Program-made: the position numbers and the translations under genes | Notes under the pieces: model-generated | The model's input: the letters and a program-made list of their open reading frames with translations, nothing else | Told to the model about the DNA's origin: nothing | Database searches by the model: none | NCBI GenBank assembly: GCA_910583755.1 | Contig: CAJTZO010000002.1 | Coordinates: forward strand, 58,587-122,586 | Length of the DNA stretch: 64,000 nt | Direction: 5' to 3' | From: an uncultured Clostridia bacterium | GTDB lineage: Bacteria; Bacillota; Clostridia; Lachnospirales; Anaerotignaceae | In this document: positions 1 through 9,695 of the stretch, piece after piece | Layout: each line of letters opens with the position of its first letter | Position numbering within the stretch: position 1 is the first letter of the stretch

Positions 1-962
1 CAGATAAAAATGTAGATAAATTATATAAAGAAGTAGTCAAAAAGGAATTGCAAACAGTAACAGATGAGGTGTATTGTTATTGTTTTTCGGCAGGGGAACA
101 ACATAAAAATTTAGAAACCATCCGTAATTTTTATGAATTTTATCAACAAAATCGTTTTGATAGAAAAACAGTGATTATTGCCTTAGGTGGTGGTGTCTGT
201 GGAGATATGGCAGGATTTTCTGCTGCTACTTATTTAAGAGGAATTCCTTTTGTACAAATTCCTACAACATTGTTAGCACAGGTAGATAGCAGTGTGGGCG
301 GAAAAACAGGTGTTGATTTTCATGGAGCAAAAAATAATATAGGTGCATTTTATCAACCTGAATTTGTATATATTAATACTTCTACTTTGAAAACTTTGCC
401 AAAAAGAGAATTTTCGGCAGGTATGGCAGAAGTCATAAAATATGGTTGTATTCTTTCTAAAGATTTTTTTCAATATTTGCAACAGCAAAAACAAGATATT
501 CTTTCTATGCAGCATGATGTTTTATCTGAAATGATAAAACAATGTTGCTTATTAAAAGCAGATGTTGTTTCTAAAGATGAAAAAGAAAGTGGTTTAAGGG
601 AAATATTAAATTTTGGGCATACGATTGGACATGCCATTGAAACAGTATTAGACTTTCAACTGTTACATGGGGAGTGTGTAGGTTTGGGAATGTTGGCAGT
701 ATTAGAGCTAGCTAGAGAACGTGGACAAGTAACAGAGCAGGAACTCAAAAAGGTACAGGAATTGTTAGCTTATTTTGAGCTACCACTTTCTATCAATCAA
801 GTTTCAAAGGAAAGGATTTATCAACAAATGTTTTTAGATAAAAAAGTAAAACAAAATAAAATTCGTTTTGTATTGCCAAAAGGAATTGGAGAGGTTTATA
901 CTACTAGTGAAGTATCAGAAAATGAAATTATGAAAGCGATTGATTTTGTGGTGAAAATATAA
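1..962 (+). CDS. aroB: 3-dehydroquinate synthase (5' end cut by the window edge)
   Basis: Motifs ALGGGVCGD, YLRGIPFVQIPTTLLAQVDSSVGGKTG, LNFGHTIGHAIE, LLHGECV; the frame is open from base 3. Confidence 0.95.
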   Translation, partial: DKNVDKLYKEVVKKELQTVTDEVYCYCFSAGEQHKNLETIRNFYEFYQQNRFDRKTVIIALGGGVCGDMAGFSAATYLRGIPFVQIPTTLLAQVDSSVGGKTGVDFHGAKNNIGAFYQPEFVYINTSTLKTLPKREFSAGMAEVIKYGCILSKDFFQYLQQQKQDILSMQHDVLSEMIKQCCLLKADVVSKDEKESGLREILNFGHTIGHAIETVLDFQLLHGECVGLGMLAVLELARERGQVTEQELKKVQELLAYFELPLSINQVSKERIYQQMFLDKKVKQNKIRFVLPKGIGEVYTTSEVSENEIMKAIDFVVKI

Positions 963-1444
963 TGGAAAAGAAAAAACAAATGATTTCTATCATAACAGTG
1001 GTTTTATTGATTATGTTAGACCAATGGACAAAATGGCAAGCTTTAACAAAATTAAAACCTATCAGAAATAAAGTAGTGCTGGAGGGCTTTTTAGATTTTA
1101 CTTTTGTAGAAAATAGAGGTGCAGCCTTTGGCATTCTGTCAGGGCAAAGACTCTTTTTTATTATTTTAACGGCAGTTGTTACCATAGGTATTTTATATAG
1201 TTTTTATAAATTACCAAATACAAAAGAGTACCTTTGGCTAAAAGCAGCATTGTTACTTGTGCTTTCTGGTGCAATTGGAAATGTTATTGACAGAGTGGTA
1301 AGAGGATATGTGATAGACTTTTTGGAAGTGACCTTTATAAAATGGCCTGTATTTAATTTAGCAGATATTTATGTAGTAATGGGGGCTTGTTTTATCTTAT
1401 TTTTAAGTCTTTTTGTGATAAAAGAAGAAAAGAAAGAAGGGTAG
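962..1444 (+). CDS. lspA: Lipoprotein signal peptidase II
   Basis: DQWTK, NRGAAFGIL, GAIGNVIDR, VIDFL, FNLAD; four hydrophobic segments. Confidence 0.95.
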   Translation: MEKKKQMISIITVVLLIMLDQWTKWQALTKLKPIRNKVVLEGFLDFTFVENRGAAFGILSGQRLFFIILTAVVTIGILYSFYKLPNTKEYLWLKAALLLVLSGAIGNVIDRVVRGYVIDFLEVTFIKWPVFNLADIYVVMGACFILFLSLFVIKEEKKEG

Positions 1445-1446
1445 AT

Positions 1447-2364
1447 ATGGAAATTTTAACCTTTCTGGCAGAACAGGAGGATAAAGGAAAAAGAATTGAC
1501 ATTTTTTTGACAGAACAAACAGAAATTTCCAGAAGTAGAATCCAAAAACTAACAGAAAAGGGATTACTTCAAGTAAATAATAAAAATGTAAAATCAAATT
1601 ATAAATTGCGTGAAAATGATTTTATAAAGCTACAGATACCAGATGTAGAACCTGTTGAAATATTACCTGAAAAAATTCCACTAGACATTTTGTATGAAGA
1701 TAAAGAAATGATTGTGGTAAATAAGCCACAAGGAATGGTAGTGCATCCAGCAGCAGGACATATGACAGGAACACTTGTGAATGCTTTACTCTATCATTGT
1801 GAGGGACAGCTTTCTGGCATTAATGGTATATTAAGACCAGGTATTGTACACCGCATTGATAAGGATACTTCTGGTGTATTGATGGCAGCGAAAACAGACA
1901 AGGCACATCAGTGTTTGTCCTTACAGTTAGCAAAACATAGTATTACTAGAAAGTATCATGCGATTGTGCTCCATGGAATCAAAGAAGAACAAGGAACCAT
2001 TGATAAACCAATTGGGAGAAATCCGCAGGATAGAAAAAAAATGGCGATTACAGAAAAAAATAGTCGTCATGCTGTGACCCATTACAAAGTTTTGGAAAGA
2101 CTAGGAAATTATACTTATATTGAAGCACAGCTTGAAACGGGACGTACCCATCAAATTAGAGTTCATATGACATCCATTGGACATCCTCTTTTAGGGGATA
2201 CGGTTTATGGAACGAAAAAGCAGCCTTTTTCCTTACAGGGTCAAGCACTCCATGCAAAAGTGCTTGGTTTTGTTCATCCAAGTACCAAAGAATATATGGA
2301 ATTTAAGGCACCCCTTCCAGAACACTTTTTAAAATTGTTAGAGAAGTTAAAAACTCGTATATAA
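1447..2364 (+). CDS. RluA/RluD-family pseudouridine synthase with S4 domain
   Basis: VVNKPQGMVVHP, RPGIVHRIDKDTSG, LETGRTHQIRVH; ATG 1447 follows lspA. Confidence 0.93.
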   Translation: MEILTFLAEQEDKGKRIDIFLTEQTEISRSRIQKLTEKGLLQVNNKNVKSNYKLRENDFIKLQIPDVEPVEILPEKIPLDILYEDKEMIVVNKPQGMVVHPAAGHMTGTLVNALLYHCEGQLSGINGILRPGIVHRIDKDTSGVLMAAKTDKAHQCLSLQLAKHSITRKYHAIVLHGIKEEQGTIDKPIGRNPQDRKKMAITEKNSRHAVTHYKVLERLGNYTYIEAQLETGRTHQIRVHMTSIGHPLLGDTVYGTKKQPFSLQGQALHAKVLGFVHPSTKEYMEFKAPLPEHFLKLLEKLKTRI

Positions 2365-2489
2365 AGAAATCCAGTTGGTGTAAGATGTTTTGGATGCTTT
2401 GTGCTGTTTCAAGTTCCTTTTGCATCCTTTTTTTAGAAAAGAAAGTGGAGTTTGAAATGTTTAGGATTTTTTAGGATAGGAGGGAAACT

Positions 2490-3416
2490 ATGGTTTTTAA
2501 AAAGAAGGATTTTTTTGGTATGAGAGATTTAAGTGCACAAGAAATACGATATATCTTAAGCACAGCAGAAACAATGAAATACATATTAAGCCAAAAAAAT
2601 AAAAAATCTCCTCATTTACAAGGAAAATCTGTCATTATATTATTTTATGAACCAAGCGCAAGAGCAAAGTTATCTTATGAAATGGCAGCGCAACATTTAA
2701 GTGCGAATGTGGTAGATATGACAATGGCAACAAGTGCTTATCAAGAAAAGTTACAAGATATGGGGCAACTTGTTGACCAAACAGGCGCTGATTTTATTAT
2801 TTTGCGTCATCCTATGGCAGGGGCAGCTAGATTGTTAGCAAAAAATGTAAGTGCTTCTGTTATTAATGCAGGAGATGGTTTTAATGAAAATCCGGGACAA
2901 TCTTTACTAGACTTAATGACAATTAAGGAACAAAAAAAAGATTTTAAGGGGCTTCGTGTGGCGATTGTAGGAGATTTAACCCATAGCCGTGTTTGTAAAA
3001 GTAATATATGGGCTTTGACGAAATTGGGAGCAGAAGTTTGTGTTTCTGGTCCTCCTACCCTTTTGCCACCAGATATTGAAAAATTTGGTGTAGATGTTTA
3101 TTATGATGCCAAAAAAGCGGTAAAAGATGTGGATGTCATTTTAACAAGCAGAATGCAAACAGAAACAAGAAATAAAAATTTAGTGCCATCTTTAACAGAG
3201 TATAAACATTTTTTTAGAGTAGATGAAACCTTATTAAGCTATGCCAAGTCGGATGCTATTGTAATGCATCCAGGACCGATTCAAAGAGGAATTGAAATTT
3301 CGGCGGATGTTATTGATAGTAAACAGTGTATTATCAATGACCGAATTGCAAATAGTGTAGCAGTACGCATGGCAATGCTCTATATTTTATCACAGATAGG
3401 AGGCGGACTCCGATGA
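2490..3416 (+). CDS. pyrB: Aspartate carbamoyltransferase-like protein with altered active site
   Basis: ATCase motifs LRHP, VINAGDG, GDLTHSRV, MHPGP, VAVRMA present, but STRT reads SARA and EHPTQ reads ENPGQ. Confidence 0.88.
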   Translation: MVFKKKDFFGMRDLSAQEIRYILSTAETMKYILSQKNKKSPHLQGKSVIILFYEPSARAKLSYEMAAQHLSANVVDMTMATSAYQEKLQDMGQLVDQTGADFIILRHPMAGAARLLAKNVSASVINAGDGFNENPGQSLLDLMTIKEQKKDFKGLRVAIVGDLTHSRVCKSNIWALTKLGAEVCVSGPPTLLPPDIEKFGVDVYYDAKKAVKDVDVILTSRMQTETRNKNLVPSLTEYKHFFRVDETLLSYAKSDAIVMHPGPIQRGIEISADVIDSKQCIINDRIANSVAVRMAMLYILSQIGGGLR

Positions 3417-4684
3417 AAAGTATTGTAAAAAATGGTAGAATTGTAGGAAAAGATTTTAATATTCATAAACGCCTTGATATTTATATGGAAAATGGAATCA
3501 TTCGTAAAATTGGTGAAAATTTGGAAGAAAATGAGGCAGAAATATTAGATGCAGAAGGAAAATATATTTTACCTGGTTTTATTGATATGCATTGTAGTGT
3601 TTGCGACCCTGGTTATGAATATATAGAGGATATTGAAACAGCTTCCTGTAGTGCAGCAAGAGGCGGTTTTACCAGTATTACTTGTGAGCCAAATACCAAC
3701 CCTGCTATTGATAATAAAACAGTAGTAGAATATATTGTTTCCAAAAGTAAAGAGTATTCTCTTGTCAATATTTTTCCTTATGGGAGTATGTCTGTAGGTT
3801 GTTTGGGAGAAAATATGGCAGAAATCGGTGAAATGCATGAGGCAGGAATTGTGGGAATTGCTGATGGTGGACGTTCTATTATGAATGCCTCTTTTTTGGC
3901 AAATGTGTTCCGTTATTCTAAAATGTTTGATATGCCTGTACTAACACATTGTGAAGATAAAAACCTTGCTGGAAAAGGAGTGATGAATGAGGGATATATG
4001 GCGTCAAGTTTGGGGCTTTTGGGTATCCCAAAAGAAGCAGAAGAAGTCATTGTAACAAGAAATATTATCTTGGCAGAAGGAATGGGAGCAAAATTACATA
4101 TTGCAAATGTAACAACGAAAGGCTCTGTACAGCTTATACGAGAAGCTAAAAAAAGGGGAACCAGAATTACTTGTGAAACAAGTCCACATTATTTTTTATT
4201 GACAGAGGAAGCGGTAGAAAATTATAATACTTTTGCCAAAGTAAAGCCTCCATTAAGGACAAAAGAAGATGTAAAGGCAATTATAGAAGGAATCTTAGAT
4301 GGCACGATTGATGTCATTACCTCTGGACATAGCCCTACAAAATTGACAGACAAAAATAAAGAATTTGATAATGCAGATTATGGCATTTCTGCCTTTGAAA
4401 CGGCATTTGCATTAAGCTATACAAAACTTGTGTTGCAGCAAAAAGTCCCATTGAGTAAATTAGTGGAATTACTTTCTACCAAACCAGCAGAAATATTAGG
4501 ACTGCATACAAAAGGAAAAATTGCAGAAGGAATGGATGGAGATTTAGTAATTGTTGACTTAGACGAAAGTTATACCATTGACCCAAAAACTTTTGTTTCA
4601 AAAGCAAAATTTTCTCCTTTTGAACATAAAGAAGTCAAAGGAAAAGTAATATGTACCATTGTTGGTGGAAGAATATTGACATAA
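3413..4684 (+). CDS. pyrC: Dihydroorotase-like protein, probably catalytically inactive (PyrC'-like)
   Basis: PGFIDMH, GGFT, PNTNP, HCED, PHYF, PPLR present, but HxHxR reads HCSVC and TDHAPH reads SGHSPT; ATGA overlap with pyrB. Confidence 0.88.
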   Translation: MKSIVKNGRIVGKDFNIHKRLDIYMENGIIRKIGENLEENEAEILDAEGKYILPGFIDMHCSVCDPGYEYIEDIETASCSAARGGFTSITCEPNTNPAIDNKTVVEYIVSKSKEYSLVNIFPYGSMSVGCLGENMAEIGEMHEAGIVGIADGGRSIMNASFLANVFRYSKMFDMPVLTHCEDKNLAGKGVMNEGYMASSLGLLGIPKEAEEVIVTRNIILAEGMGAKLHIANVTTKGSVQLIREAKKRGTRITCETSPHYFLLTEEAVENYNTFAKVKPPLRTKEDVKAIIEGILDGTIDVITSGHSPTKLTDKNKEFDNADYGISAFETAFALSYTKLVLQQKVPLSKLVELLSTKPAEILGLHTKGKIAEGMDGDLVIVDLDESYTIDPKTFVSKAKFSPFEHKEVKGKVICTIVGGRILT

Positions 4685-4699
4685 TTTTTGAGGTGTACA

Positions 4700-7600
4700 A
4701 TGTATTTAAAACAATTAAATATTCATGGTTTTAAATCTTTTTCTGATAAGGTAAAATTAGAATTTAATAAGGGAATTACAGCGGTGGTTGGTCCTAACGG
4801 AAGTGGAAAAAGCAATGTTTCTGATGCGGTGCGTTGGGTATTGGGAGAACAAAAAGTAAAATCACTTCGTGGTGACAAAATGGAAGATGTTATCTTTGCA
4901 GGAACAGAAACCAGAAAACCGTTAGGTTTTGCAGAAGTTTCTATGACCATTGATAATCAAGACCAAAAAATGCCCATTGAATATACAGAAGTAACGGTAA
5001 CACGTCGTGTCTATCGTTCTGGAGAAAGTGAATATCAGATTAATGGAACAAATTGCCGTTTAAAAGATGTTCACGAATTATTTATGGATACAGGTGTCGG
5101 ACGAGAAGGATATTCCATTATTGGGCAGGGACGTATTGATGAACTGCTTAGTACAAAACCGGATGATAGGAGACGGATTTTTGAGGAAGCAGTAGGGATT
5201 GTCAAATATAAAGTTCGTAAAAATGAAGCCATTGTAAAATTGGAAAAAGAAAAACAAAATTTAATGCGCATAGAAGATATTATTGCAGAGCTAGAAGGTC
5301 AAATGGATTCTTTGGAAAAACAATCCAATCAGGCAAAAATGTATTTAGATTTAAAGCAAAAAATAAAACATGCCTCCTTGACAATGTTCTGTACAGATGT
5401 GGATAAAATAGAAAAGGAATATCAACACCAGCAAAAAAATAAAAATATTGCACTGGAAAATAAACAAACAATTCTTGCTGAAAAAGAGCAGCAAATACAG
5501 CACCTGCAAGAAGTACAACAGCAATATGAACAACTAAAAAAAGAACTGGAACAAGCACAGCAGGAAATACTTTCTTTTCGTTCACAGCAAGAAAAAACAG
5601 AAAGCGATATTCGTTTAGCAAAAGAACAAATGCAACACTTTTGGAAAGATATACAACGCTTGGAAAAAGAAAATGCAGAAAAAGAACAACAAAAACAACA
5701 AAATCAAAAGGAAGAACAGATACTTTTGACAAACATAACAGCACTTGATATGACAATCAAAAGTGCAAAAGAGCAATTACAGAAACAACAGAGCCGTTTT
5801 GATGAATTAAGTCGTAATCTTTATGAAAGTGAAAAAAACATGGAAGATTATAAAAATGAAATGGTGGAACAAATTCGCATTAGTACAGAAGCAAAAGGCG
5901 ATAAAAATAGAAGACAGTCTATGCTGGAGCAGTTTGAACAAAGACAAAGACAAGTTTTGTCAGAAAAAGAATATCTTTCAGACCAAATTCATACACAAAA
6001 AGTACATATACAGGTGCTTTTAAAACAGCAAAAGGAGTTTGAAAAGCAGCAGCAAACCTTAGAACAAAATATGCTGGATTTGGAGCAAAAGAAAAAAGAC
6101 TTGCAGGAAAAAAAGCAAAATACAGCGATAGAACAGAAAAAAAGAGAACAGCAATTATCCCAAAAGCGTTCTCGTTTTTCTATCCTTTCTGAAATGGAAA
6201 AGGAACATGAAGGTTATTATAAAAGTGTAAAAAGTATATTGCAGTTAAAAGGCAATGAAAAATGGCAGGGAATTTGTGGTGCAGTGGGGGAACTTCTCCA
6301 TGTACCTGAACAATATGAAGCTGCAATCGAGATTGCACTTGGAAATAACTTACAAAATATTGTAACAAAAACAGAAAATGAAGCAAAAGCAGCCATTCAG
6401 TATTTAAAAGAAAATCGCTTCGGACGTGCTACCTTTTTGCCCATTTCTGCTATTAAAGGAAAAAAACTGATGACTGATAAAATATTGTCAGAAAATGGTG
6501 TTCTTGGTGTAGCAAGTGATTTAATAAATTATGATGCTGTTTATGATAATGTCATACAGTCTCTTTTGGGTAGAACAATTATCATAGAAAATATTGATAC
6601 AGCAGTTTTTCTGTCTAAAAAATATCAGTATCAATATCGTATGGTAACATTAGAAGGAGACTTATTAAATGCTGGTGGTTCTATGACAGGCGGCAGTATG
6701 GCAAAAAAAACGAGCAGTATTTTTAGTAGGAACAGAGAAATTACAACATTATTTGAAGAAATAAAAAGCGAAAAGTTGCTTTTTGAAAGTGGTCAAAAAG
6801 AATTACAAGCGTTAGAGTTGGAATTAGAAGAAATGAATCAACTTTCTATAGAAAGCCATATCAAAAATCAAGAAATACAGTTATCTTTGCAAAAAAAGGA
6901 AGAAGATAAACAAAATGCAGAAAATTTATTACAAGAAAGACAACAAAAACAAAAATTATATGATTTGGAACAAACACAGTTGTTAGAACAATGTCAACTT
7001 GCGCAGCAGGAAATGACTGCATTTCAAAAGGTAGTAGAGCAGGCAGAGCAAAAAATGACAGAGATTAATCAAAAACTTTCTGCTTTTCAAAGTAATGTTG
7101 CAGAAGAAAAAGAAGAAAGAGATACTCTTTTAAATCAAATGACAGAATTAAAAGTAAAACTTTCGGCAGAAGAACAAAATAAAAAGGCAGTCAAGGAAAG
7201 TATTCAGCGTTTACAACAGCAAAATAATATACTGGAACAGGAACAACAACAAAAGAAAAAGGAAATCTTGTCTTTTCAGGAACTTAGTCAGCAAAAAGAA
7301 ATAGAACAAAAAGAATTAGAAGAAAAATTTATTTTTTATCAACAAGAGGAACAAAAACAACAATCTATTTTTACGGCATTAACAGAACAAAAACAAAACC
7401 AAAAGCAGAATATTATTATATTAGAAGAAAAAGAAAAGGAAATGACACAAAACATTTCTTATTTAGAGAATGAAATATTCCGTATTGAAACAAAGCAGGA
7501 AAAAATAGAAGAAGAAAAACAAAGACTTTTTCATGAAATATGGGAAGAATATGAAATGACGTATGAAATGGTAAAGCAAGAATATACAGCGGAAACAGTT

Positions 7601-8248
7601 TCTTATCAAAAATTAAAAACGGATACAAAGCAATGGAAAAATGAAATAAAAGACTTAGGACATGTCAATGTAGGTGCGATTGAAAGCTATAAAGAAGTAA
7701 AACAAAGATACTCTTTTTTGACAGAGCAAAGAACAGATATTTTAGAGGCAGAGCAGAAACTACGTTTGCTTATTTCAGATTTATCTCAAATGATGGAAAA
7801 TAGATTTCGAGAACAATTTACGTTGATTTCCCAAAATTTTGGGGAAGTATTTTGTGAAATGTTTGGCGGAGGAAAGGCTTATTTAAAATTAAGTGATGAG
7901 ACAAAAGTATTGGAGTCTTCTATTGAAATTATTGCACAACCTCCCGGAAAAAGTCTGCAAAATATGACACTTTTATCTGGTGGAGAAAGAGCTTTAACAG
8001 CGATTGCTATTTTGTTTTCCATCTTAAAAATGAAACCATCTCCTTTTTGTATTCTAGATGAAATTGAGGCAGCATTAGATGATGCGAATGTAAAAAGATA
8101 TGCAGATTATCTGAAGAAGTTTTCCAAAGAAACGCAATTTATTGTCATTACTCATCGAAAAGGGACAATGGAGGCGGCTGATGTTATGTATGGTGTAACC
8201 ATGCAGGAAAAAGGGGTATCGAAAATGATTTCGGTTCAGTTTGAATGA
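4700..8248 (+). CDS. smc: Chromosome segregation protein SMC
   Basis: GFKSF, GPNGSGKSN, hinge GRATFLP, LSGGE, LDEIEAALD; long coiled coils. Confidence 0.97.
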   Translation: MYLKQLNIHGFKSFSDKVKLEFNKGITAVVGPNGSGKSNVSDAVRWVLGEQKVKSLRGDKMEDVIFAGTETRKPLGFAEVSMTIDNQDQKMPIEYTEVTVTRRVYRSGESEYQINGTNCRLKDVHELFMDTGVGREGYSIIGQGRIDELLSTKPDDRRRIFEEAVGIVKYKVRKNEAIVKLEKEKQNLMRIEDIIAELEGQMDSLEKQSNQAKMYLDLKQKIKHASLTMFCTDVDKIEKEYQHQQKNKNIALENKQTILAEKEQQIQHLQEVQQQYEQLKKELEQAQQEILSFRSQQEKTESDIRLAKEQMQHFWKDIQRLEKENAEKEQQKQQNQKEEQILLTNITALDMTIKSAKEQLQKQQSRFDELSRNLYESEKNMEDYKNEMVEQIRISTEAKGDKNRRQSMLEQFEQRQRQVLSEKEYLSDQIHTQKVHIQVLLKQQKEFEKQQQTLEQNMLDLEQKKKDLQEKKQNTAIEQKKREQQLSQKRSRFSILSEMEKEHEGYYKSVKSILQLKGNEKWQGICGAVGELLHVPEQYEAAIEIALGNNLQNIVTKTENEAKAAIQYLKENRFGRATFLPISAIKGKKLMTDKILSENGVLGVASDLINYDAVYDNVIQSLLGRTIIIENIDTAVFLSKKYQYQYRMVTLEGDLLNAGGSMTGGSMAKKTSSIFSRNREITTLFEEIKSEKLLFESGQKELQALELELEEMNQLSIESHIKNQEIQLSLQKKEEDKQNAENLLQERQQKQKLYDLEQTQLLEQCQLAQQEMTAFQKVVEQAEQKMTEINQKLSAFQSNVAEEKEERDTLLNQMTELKVKLSAEEQNKKAVKESIQRLQQQNNILEQEQQQKKKEILSFQELSQQKEIEQKELEEKFIFYQQEEQKQQSIFTALTEQKQNQKQNIIILEEKEKEMTQNISYLENEIFRIETKQEKIEEEKQRLFHEIWEEYEMTYEMVKQEYTAETVSYQKLKTDTKQWKNEIKDLGHVNVGAIESYKEVKQRYSFLTEQRTDILEAEQKLRLLISDLSQMMENRFREQFTLISQNFGEVFCEMFGGGKAYLKLSDETKVLESSIEIIAQPPGKSLQNMTLLSGGERALTAIAILFSILKMKPSPFCILDEIEAALDDANVKRYADYLKKFSKETQFIVITHRKGTMEAADVMYGVTMQEKGVSKMISVQFE

Positions 8249-8264
8249 AAAACGAGGTGAAAAA

Positions 8265-9563
8265 ATGGGATTATTTGATTTTTTTAAAGGAAAAAAGAAA
8301 GAAGAAACAAAAGATATAGAGATAAAAAGTAATAGCCTGGAGTTAGATGACATTGAGGTGGAGTTAAAGCCGGAAAATACAATAACATTAGATTTAACAG
8401 AACAAGATAATACTACTTCTGTAAATCAGGCAGTGCATAAAGCAATGAATGCGGATGAAATAGAGTTTTATACAGCAACTGGTGGAAAATTGTATCAAGA
8501 AGATGAAAAAACACAGGAAATAGAAGTACAGAAAATAAAAGCACAGGAAACAGAAACATGCGAAGTAGAAACACAAAAAACGGAAATACAGGAAGCGGAA
8601 ACACAAAAAATAACAGATACACAAGTAGAAGAAACCACAAAAGAAAAGAAAAAAAGTTTTTTTGCAAAATTACTTGCTGGTTTGGATAAAACAAGAAAAA
8701 ATATTATGGGTGGTGTGGATAGTGTATTAGGCGCTTTCACAAAAATTGATGAAGATTTGTTTGAAGAATTGGAAGAAGTCTTGATTATGGCGGATATTGG
8801 GGTAGAAACTACAATGAATATTATAGAAGCCCTTCGAAAACGTGTTAAAAAAGAGCATATTGTTGACCCACAAGCCATTAGAGGACTATTGATAGAAGAA
8901 ATCACTGCAATTTTGGAAGAAAATGCAGAAGAACAACAAGATATTCCTTCTCCAACAATTATGCTTGTCATTGGAGTCAATGGTGTAGGAAAAACAACAA
9001 CAATAGGAAAATTAGCACATAATTTTAAAGAACAGGGAAAAACGGTACTTTTAGGAGCAGCCGATACTTTTCGTGCAGCAGCCATTGACCAGTTAGAAGT
9101 ATGGGGACAAAGAGCAGGAATTGATGTGATTAAACATCAAGAAAATTCAGACCCAGCAGCTGTTGTATTTGATGCAGTTAATGCTGCAAAAAATAGAAAT
9201 ATGAATTTATTGATATGTGATACAGCTGGCAGGCTTCATAACAAAAAAAATTTGATGGAAGAATTAAAGAAAATAGCAAAAGTCATTGAAAGAGAGTATC
9301 CACAAGCACATAAAGAGGTCTATTTAGTATTAGATGCTACCACTGGACAAAATGCAATGCAACAAGCAAAACTGTTTCAAGAGGTGGCAGATATTACAGG
9401 AATTATATTGACAAAACTAGATGGTACTGCAAAAGGTGGAATTGTCATTGCCATTAAATCAGAGTTAAAATTACCAGTAAGGTATATTGGTGTAGGGGAA
9501 GGGATTCAAGATTTGCAAAAGTTTGATGCAAAAGAATTTGCAAAGGCATTATTTGGAGAATAA
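8265..9563 (+). CDS. ftsY: SRP receptor FtsY with acidic N-terminal extension
   Basis: GVNGVGKTTT, DTFRAAA, DTAGR, TKLDGTAKGG. Confidence 0.96.
   Translation: MGLFDFFKGKKKEETKDIEIKSNSLELDDIEVELKPENTITLDLTEQDNTTSVNQAVHKAMNADEIEFYTATGGKLYQEDEKTQEIEVQKIKAQETETCEVETQKTEIQEAETQKITDTQVEETTKEKKKSFFAKLLAGLDKTRKNIMGGVDSVLGAFTKIDEDLFEELEEVLIMADIGVETTMNIIEALRKRVKKEHIVDPQAIRGLLIEEITAILEENAEEQQDIPSPTIMLVIGVNGVGKTTTIGKLAHNFKEQGKTVLLGAADTFRAAAIDQLEVWGQRAGIDVIKHQENSDPAAVVFDAVNAAKNRNMNLLICDTAGRLHNKKNLMEELKKIAKVIEREYPQAHKEVYLVLDATTGQNAMQQAKLFQEVADITGIILTKLDGTAKGGIVIAIKSELKLPVRYIGVGEGIQDLQKFDAKEFAKALFGE
8508..8612 (+). repeat. Degenerate 15-bp coding tandem repeat (about 7 units) in the FtsY acidic region
   Basis: aaaacacaggaaata / gaagtacagaaaata / aaagcacaggaaaca / gaaacatgcgaagta / gaaacacaaaaaacg / gaaatacaggaagcg / gaaacacaaaaaata. 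Confidence 0.6.
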
Positions 9564-9568
9564 GATGA

Positions 9569-9620
9569 AAAAATAAGAAACTAGGAAATATGTTTACATA
9601 TGGAATAGTTTCTTATTTTT
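9569..9620 (+). terminator. Probable intrinsic terminator after ftsY
   Basis: aaaaataagaaacta ... tagtttcttattttt inverted repeat with T tail. Confidence 0.55.
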
Positions 9621-9632
9621 GCCAAAAGAGTG

Positions 9633-9659
9633 TAAAGTATTACTATATTTTGACGATAA
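9633..9659 (+). promoter_or_regulatory. sigma28 (FliA/SigD)-type promoter
   Basis: TAAA-N15-GACGATAA, one mismatch to TAAA-N15-GCCGATAA, 36 nt before ATG 9696. Confidence 0.7.
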
Positions 9660-9695
9660 TATACTATAAGAATGTTTTAGAAAGGGGCAAATAGG

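Noticed and set aside
2365..2489. Possible PyrR attenuator upstream of pyrB
   Set aside because: No ARUCCNGNGAGGYU loop; the hairpin-like part resembles a decayed repeat unit.
5280..9085. Long antisense ORFs over smc and ftsY, and similar ones across the window
   Set aside because: Shadow frames of A-rich coding strands with F/L/S-biased translations and no SD.
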